Source: a virus
Lineage: Duplodnaviria > Caudoviricetes
Direction: 5' to 3' (one strand)
IMG/VR virus record: IMGVR_UViG_3300022697_000257
Location: 1-32,013 of that record
DNA: 32,013 nt
Shown: piece after piece, positions 28,172 to 32,013 of the stretch
Position numbering within the stretch: the first letter of the stretch is position 1
How the letters are laid out: each line of letters starts with the position of its first letter
Program-made: the position numbers and the translations under genes
Notes under the pieces: generated by a model
What the model saw: only the letters and a program-made list of their open reading frames with translations
Told to the model about the DNA's origin: nothing
Database searches by the model: none

Positions 28172-28671
28172 TATTTACAAGCCTCCCTACATAAAGGACA
28201 AAGAAACTCTGTGCAATTGTCATCATGTTTGGAGTTATCAATATGATGACAACAATTGATTACTGTTCCACAATCATCCACACTATATGAATAATACTTA
28301 CAATCTTTTTTTATCACAGGACAAACATTATTCGAATCAACAGGAGACATATTTGATTGATGTGATGTAACTTCATTACTCAACAACCGAATACATGCAG
28401 TTAATGTTTCAATTACCACAGGCATCTTATCGTCAGTTCCTATCATTTTCTCAGCGTTACGTTTCATCATCATCATGTAACCCATAGCTGCAATGGGGTT
28501 ACCAGCATACATTTTTGAAACTGATTCTTCTTCACTTCTTGCTATATCACTGTGCATCGTAGTAACACTGAACATATCACCCTGATTAATCAATTCTTCA
28601 AGTTCATCTGATGCTACAAAATAACGAGTCGAACCATTACTATATTTAATTGTTACTGTTGTGTTGTGCAT
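28171..28671 (-). CDS. Hypothetical protein with Cys-rich C-terminus
   Basis: ORF packed in the - strand operon. About 9 Cys in the last 55 aa. Confidence 0.65.
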   Translation of the reverse strand: MHNTTVTIKYSNGSTRYFVASDELEELINQGDMFSVTTMHSDIARSEEESVSKMYAGNPIAAMGYMMMMKRNAEKMIGTDDKMPVVIETLTACIRLLSNEVTSHQSNMSPVDSNNVCPVIKKDCKYYSYSVDDCGTVINCCHHIDNSKHDDNCTEFLCPLCREACK

Positions 28672-28946
28672 ACTATTCGTCTATCTCCAATTATGTCAGG
28701 TATTGAAATTACCATACCGAAAACTGTAGTATTTTCAATGAATTTTATTATTTTTTTCCGGTCACCGTCATTTAATAAATCTGTGATTTCTCTCATTTTG
28801 ATTTTTTGTACTGAACTTGGTTTTTTCAATCTTGTTGATTCTAGCAGTAAATCAATACCACTAAAATAGTCAAGTGAAACGCCATCAGGTAAAAAACCAT
28901 TAACTTCCATGTATTTATTTTTTGCATTCTTAATTTTTAGTAACAC
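28653..28946 (-). CDS. Hypothetical protein
   Basis: ORF overlapping its neighbours in the - strand operon. Confidence 0.55.
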   Translation of the reverse strand: MLLKIKNAKNKYMEVNGFLPDGVSLDYFSGIDLLLESTRLKKPSSVQKIKMREITDLLNDGDRKKIIKFIENTTVFGMVISIPDIIGDRRIVCTTQQ

Positions 28947-29337
28947 TTAACAACTCCATTAAGCTACATATATTAGGTAAATCATAAGACATTCTAGTAA
29001 TTAAAATTTGTTTTCCTGAACATAACTTTAACAAAGCTTTATGTGATTTTGATTCTGTACTTGTCAGTCGGCAATCAATGATTATTAATTCTAAATTTTT
29101 GATATTTTCAAAATCTACAAACTTGTGAACATTATGTATACTAATTGCTTTTTTATATTCATGTTCCCTATCAGCAAAATGTTTTGATGAAGCTATTACT
29201 AAATCAGTGTTCGATATTAAGTTTTGTAAACATGAACTACGAAACCCGTCCCCTGTGTTATATTCAATGATTGTGTTTTGTTTTCTGTTTATGTTCATGA
29301 TTAGAACCCCTATTGTGTAACATTGTAGTACATTCAC
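28930..29337 (-). CDS. Hypothetical protein (start may be the internal Met of MNINRK)
   Basis: ORF directly downstream of the polymerase. Confidence 0.55.
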   Translation of the reverse strand: MNVLQCYTIGVLIMNINRKQNTIIEYNTGDGFRSSCLQNLISNTDLVIASSKHFADREHEYKKAISIHNVHKFVDFENIKNLELIIIDCRLTSTESKSHKALLKLCSGKQILITRMSYDLPNICSLMELLSVTKN

Positions 29338-29344
29338 TTGTAGA

Positions 29345-31372
29345 TTACAACAACGGATTAACTATTTTCTCAGTTTCTTTTATGTACCACTCATAATTCA
29401 AATCAGCAGGGTGATAATGACCATGGAACCATTCACACAGGTTCAAATCATTACACAAATTGACATTCCAACCGGCGTTTATACCCAATTTTCTTTCGCT
29501 GTATGTCGATTTGTTTTTAGTGTGAATACGCTCATCCCACACACCACTGCCTATTTCATTAATTATTGAAGTGAAATAGGAATCAGTCAATTTGTTTGCT
29601 CGTTTGTATTCACCTTCTGGACCTTTAGGGGGCATTATCTTTTCCAGCGTCTTACCTTCTGTACTCATGTAATAACGTACAATGTTACTAACTTTCCCCC
29701 CACCCCATTCGAGAATACTGCTTCTTGGCACTTTAGTTCGAAGAAAGAAATCAAAAACATCATTATGACTTTCAATGAAATCTTTGATATCAACACCTCG
29801 TACTAAACGTGCTTCGGCTGCTAAAGCAACCATCCTAGCCGACCAGTTTTTATGGTGTGGTAATTCCCTGGTTCCTGGGTTTTCTTCAGCTGTGACGTGA
29901 GCATAAACACCGATTCTTTTTAATTCTCCGTTCTGTTTTTCTGCAATATAATTATTAACATCACGAATGAACATTCGATTATACAAACCTTCTTCTAGTT
30001 CAAGTTGTGTTAACTTCTCCCACCATTTACAAATAGAACGGGTGTGTTCAACATATTCATGTGGACATAAATAAGTAACCCCATCAGTGTTGGCTTGTAC
30101 CATTTTTAACCCAGGTGTTTTTATCAATTGTTCAATCAACATACATAATAGTAATTGACCGTTTATGGTAATCACCATTGTATAGAAGGGGTCAAAAAAT
30201 GGTGAATATTCATTATTACTACCACCATAAGCACCATTTAAGGCAAGTTTAAACGCTTCGTTTTCTGGTGTACCTTTTTTGTATTTCTTCCTGGTATCGT
30301 AAACACCTGAATAAGCGTCACAAAATTCAACACCTAAATGAGCTGGGTATAATTTATTTTTAATACCTAGGTTGGGATAATAACTAGCAACATCAATATC
30401 AATGATTTGATACTTGTCATCTGTGTAAATAGTTTTTGAATCGATCGAAGCATGTAACCCACCTGTACCGAAATGATATTCAAAACCATCGATGGTTGCT
30501 ATTAAATCTTTGAATACTCCTTTTGTTTCTTTTATTATTTTTGATTGTAAATAAACCATCACTTGCTGAAAAGACTGATTTTCAAATTTAACATAGTTGA
30601 ATATAACTTGTGATAAATCAATCTGTTCTCGTTTGGTTTGACGTTTGATTTTTTTATTATTTATATATTCATAACATACACCACGTTTTTCTATCTCAGT
30701 AACTAATATCGTTTCACCAAGTGCGATATCATTTAGATTTATCATGTTTTTATTAAATGTTTTGGATAGTTCTTCACGTAATTTAATTTTTGATTCAGTG
30801 CGTGTTAAGAATAAATCAGTAGCATTAACATCATGCCAATTGTACTGTTTAAGTATCTCTATTTGTTCGCTAGTTAGTACCGTACCTACAGGGAAAGGCA
30901 AATCTTCGACACTCTCCATCCTCATGTTAAATTCTAATATTTTCAATCCTGTCGATAGTGCACCAATATTAAAATGATGTATTTTACACAAATCAATCTG
31001 TTCTATTAACCATTGTGATTCCCACACCATGTGAGAAAAACTAGCAGGGCCGTTTGAGTTTATAATACTCATCGCTTTGTTATAAATATCAGCAACGGTG
31101 ATTCCTGTTTGACTGTGTTTATAAATGAAATGTAACACTGGGTAATCAAAACCAATATTATTATAACCTACTGTTCTACAATGTTGTTCTCCTAGTATTT
31201 CAATAAACCGACACAGAGATTGTAAGTCATTCTGTCTAAAACTAATTTCAAAATACCATTTACGCCTGGTTGTTCTGTGTAAAAACCATACGGTGAAAGC
31301 GTTCGGGTATGTTTCGATATCGTAACACACATCGCCTGATGTAACGCCGTATATGAAATCAGGAATATTCAT
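29345..31372 (-). CDS. Family B DNA polymerase with 3'-5' exonuclease
   Basis: ExoI YDIETY, ExoII GYNNIGFDY, ExoIII YNWHDV. Polymerase motifs DVASYYPN, KLALNGAYG, QANTDG. Confidence 0.92.
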   Translation of the reverse strand: MNIPDFIYGVTSGDVCYDIETYPNAFTVWFLHRTTRRKWYFEISFRQNDLQSLCRFIEILGEQHCRTVGYNNIGFDYPVLHFIYKHSQTGITVADIYNKAMSIINSNGPASFSHMVWESQWLIEQIDLCKIHHFNIGALSTGLKILEFNMRMESVEDLPFPVGTVLTSEQIEILKQYNWHDVNATDLFLTRTESKIKLREELSKTFNKNMINLNDIALGETILVTEIEKRGVCYEYINNKKIKRQTKREQIDLSQVIFNYVKFENQSFQQVMVYLQSKIIKETKGVFKDLIATIDGFEYHFGTGGLHASIDSKTIYTDDKYQIIDIDVASYYPNLGIKNKLYPAHLGVEFCDAYSGVYDTRKKYKKGTPENEAFKLALNGAYGGSNNEYSPFFDPFYTMVITINGQLLLCMLIEQLIKTPGLKMVQANTDGVTYLCPHEYVEHTRSICKWWEKLTQLELEEGLYNRMFIRDVNNYIAEKQNGELKRIGVYAHVTAEENPGTRELPHHKNWSARMVALAAEARLVRGVDIKDFIESHNDVFDFFLRTKVPRSSILEWGGGKVSNIVRYYMSTEGKTLEKIMPPKGPEGEYKRANKLTDSYFTSIINEIGSGVWDERIHTKNKSTYSERKLGINAGWNVNLCNDLNLCEWFHGHYHPADLNYEWYIKETEKIVNPLL

Positions 31373-31569
31373 TATAAATGCTCAGTTAAGTAATCAAAAA
31401 TTAGTTGTGTTTTACTTACACTCCAACAAATATTCCCATCTTTGACCACATTGATAGTTATTGCATCATCGTTATCATCAACAGTAGACGATATTTCTAA
31501 ATTACAAGAATTTGATATTTCACCATGTACTTCTTTAAACATCCATAACATTTTTTCTTTATCATCCAT
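31372..31569 (-). CDS. Hypothetical protein (65 aa)
   Basis: SD GAGGTG, TAATG overlap with the polymerase start. Confidence 0.7.
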   Translation of the reverse strand: MDDKEKMLWMFKEVHGEISNSCNLEISSTVDDNDDAITINVVKDGNICWSVSKTQLIFDYLTEHL

Positions 31570-31717
31570 TAATACACCTCGTCAAACTAGAACTAAGTAT
31601 AAAAAATAAAATAGCTGTTTCGATTAAAACGACAATAAAGTTATTAGAATGAAACTCGAATACTTTATTTAAAAAATCTATAAATCTTCGTTTTGCTAAT
31701 CTTATTTTATAATTCAC
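31562..31717 (-). CDS. Small 51-aa putative membrane protein (not in the ORF track)
   Basis: Read manually: GTG start after SD AAGGTGG, MNYKIRLAKRRFIDFLNKVFEFHSNNFIVVLIETAILFFILSSSLTRCING*. Confidence 0.5.
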   Translation of the reverse strand: MNYKIRLAKRRFIDFLNKVFEFHSNNFIVVLIETAILFFILSSSLTRCING

Positions 31718-31740
31718 TTTAAACCACCTTTGAGATTGTT

Positions 31741-31789
31741 AAAAAAATCACCGCCCTCAAACTTGGGGCACTAAAAACGAAGGCGGTGA
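31741..31789 (-). terminator. Probable intrinsic terminator after the SSB-like gene
   Basis: - strand TCACCGCCTTC-N20-GAGGGCGGTGA (11 bp including one G-U) followed by T7. Confidence 0.6.
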
Positions 31790-31795
31790 AAACCT

Positions 31796-32013
31796 TTAAG
31801 AAAACGAAGTTTTTATTGCTAAACCTTGGTCAAGTAACATTTGCTCAGTCCACCCGGGGGTTGATAAATATTGCTCTAAGCTCACACCTGCTGCTTTTTC
31901 TGTCATTATCAATTGTACTATAGGTGGTGCAGCCATAGGTGGTGCAGCCATAGGTGGTGCAGCCATAGGTGGTGCAGCCATAGGTGGTGCAGCCATAGGT
32001 GGTGCAGCCATAG
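31796..32013 (-). CDS. C-terminus of a longer protein, probably a phage ssDNA-binding protein (truncated by the window)
   Basis: Open to the window edge. Pro/Ala linker followed by MTEKAAGVSLEQY...GWTEQML...G, resembling tails I recall on phage SSB-like proteins upstream of polymerases. Confidence 0.5.
   Translation of the reverse strand, partial: MAAPPMAAPPMAAPPMAAPPMAAPPMAAPPIVQLIMTEKAAGVSLEQYLSTPGWTEQMLLDQGLAIKTSFS
31920..32013 (-). repeat. Perfect 15-bp tandem repeat (TAGGTGGTGCAGCCA on +) x6 or more, encoding (MAAPP)n
   Basis: Read directly from the sequence. Continues to the last base. Confidence 0.97.

Noticed and set aside
1183-30977. Short antisense or alternate-frame ORFs in the track (e.g. 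1391-1618, 2013-2318, 8249-8551, 8925-9233, 18156-18455, 28666-28869, 30744-30977)
   Set aside because: They are shadows of well-supported genes, with no recognisable motifs. Only the o-spanin overlap has independent support.
1205-31569. Stop-codon reassignment
   Set aside because: Core genes are full length and densely packed under the standard code. TAA, TAG and TGA all end genes.
1-32013. Prophage/lysogeny functions, tRNAs, introns or inteins
   Set aside because: No integrase, repressor, host genes or tRNA cloverleaf was recognised. TerL, polymerase and helicase are of normal length without splicing motifs. Lifestyle cannot be called from this window.

Overview
Most of the genome of an AT-rich (roughly 35% GC by eye) short-tailed dsDNA phage with a virion module of the epsilon15/BPP-1 type, infecting a Gram-negative host (two-component spanins, IHF-like sites). 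The + strand from 1205 to 26384 carries the terminases, portal, scaffold, major capsid, two capsid accessory proteins, tail tubular proteins A/B, a GNAT-like protein, ejected core proteins (including a 2195-aa polyvalent-type protein), a beta-helix tailspike and a lysis cassette. A convergent - strand arm carries the C-terminus of a probable SSB, a family B DNA polymerase, VRR-NUC and an SNF2 helicase. A repeat-dense non-coding region of about 790 bp (418-1204) separates divergent genes and looks like an iteron/IHF origin or packaging-control locus. I cannot establish a new system from sequence alone. The best leads are: (1) that control region, (2) an ART-like plus HEXXH cassette in the giant ejected protein, (3) near-total GATC avoidance broken mainly in the tailspike/lysin module, (4) a 570-aa gene inserted before the portal, (5) three repeated domains grafted into the tail nozzle, (6) an unannotated holin with a Met-Lys-Met dual start. 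All family assignments come from recalled motifs and synteny, not from database searches.
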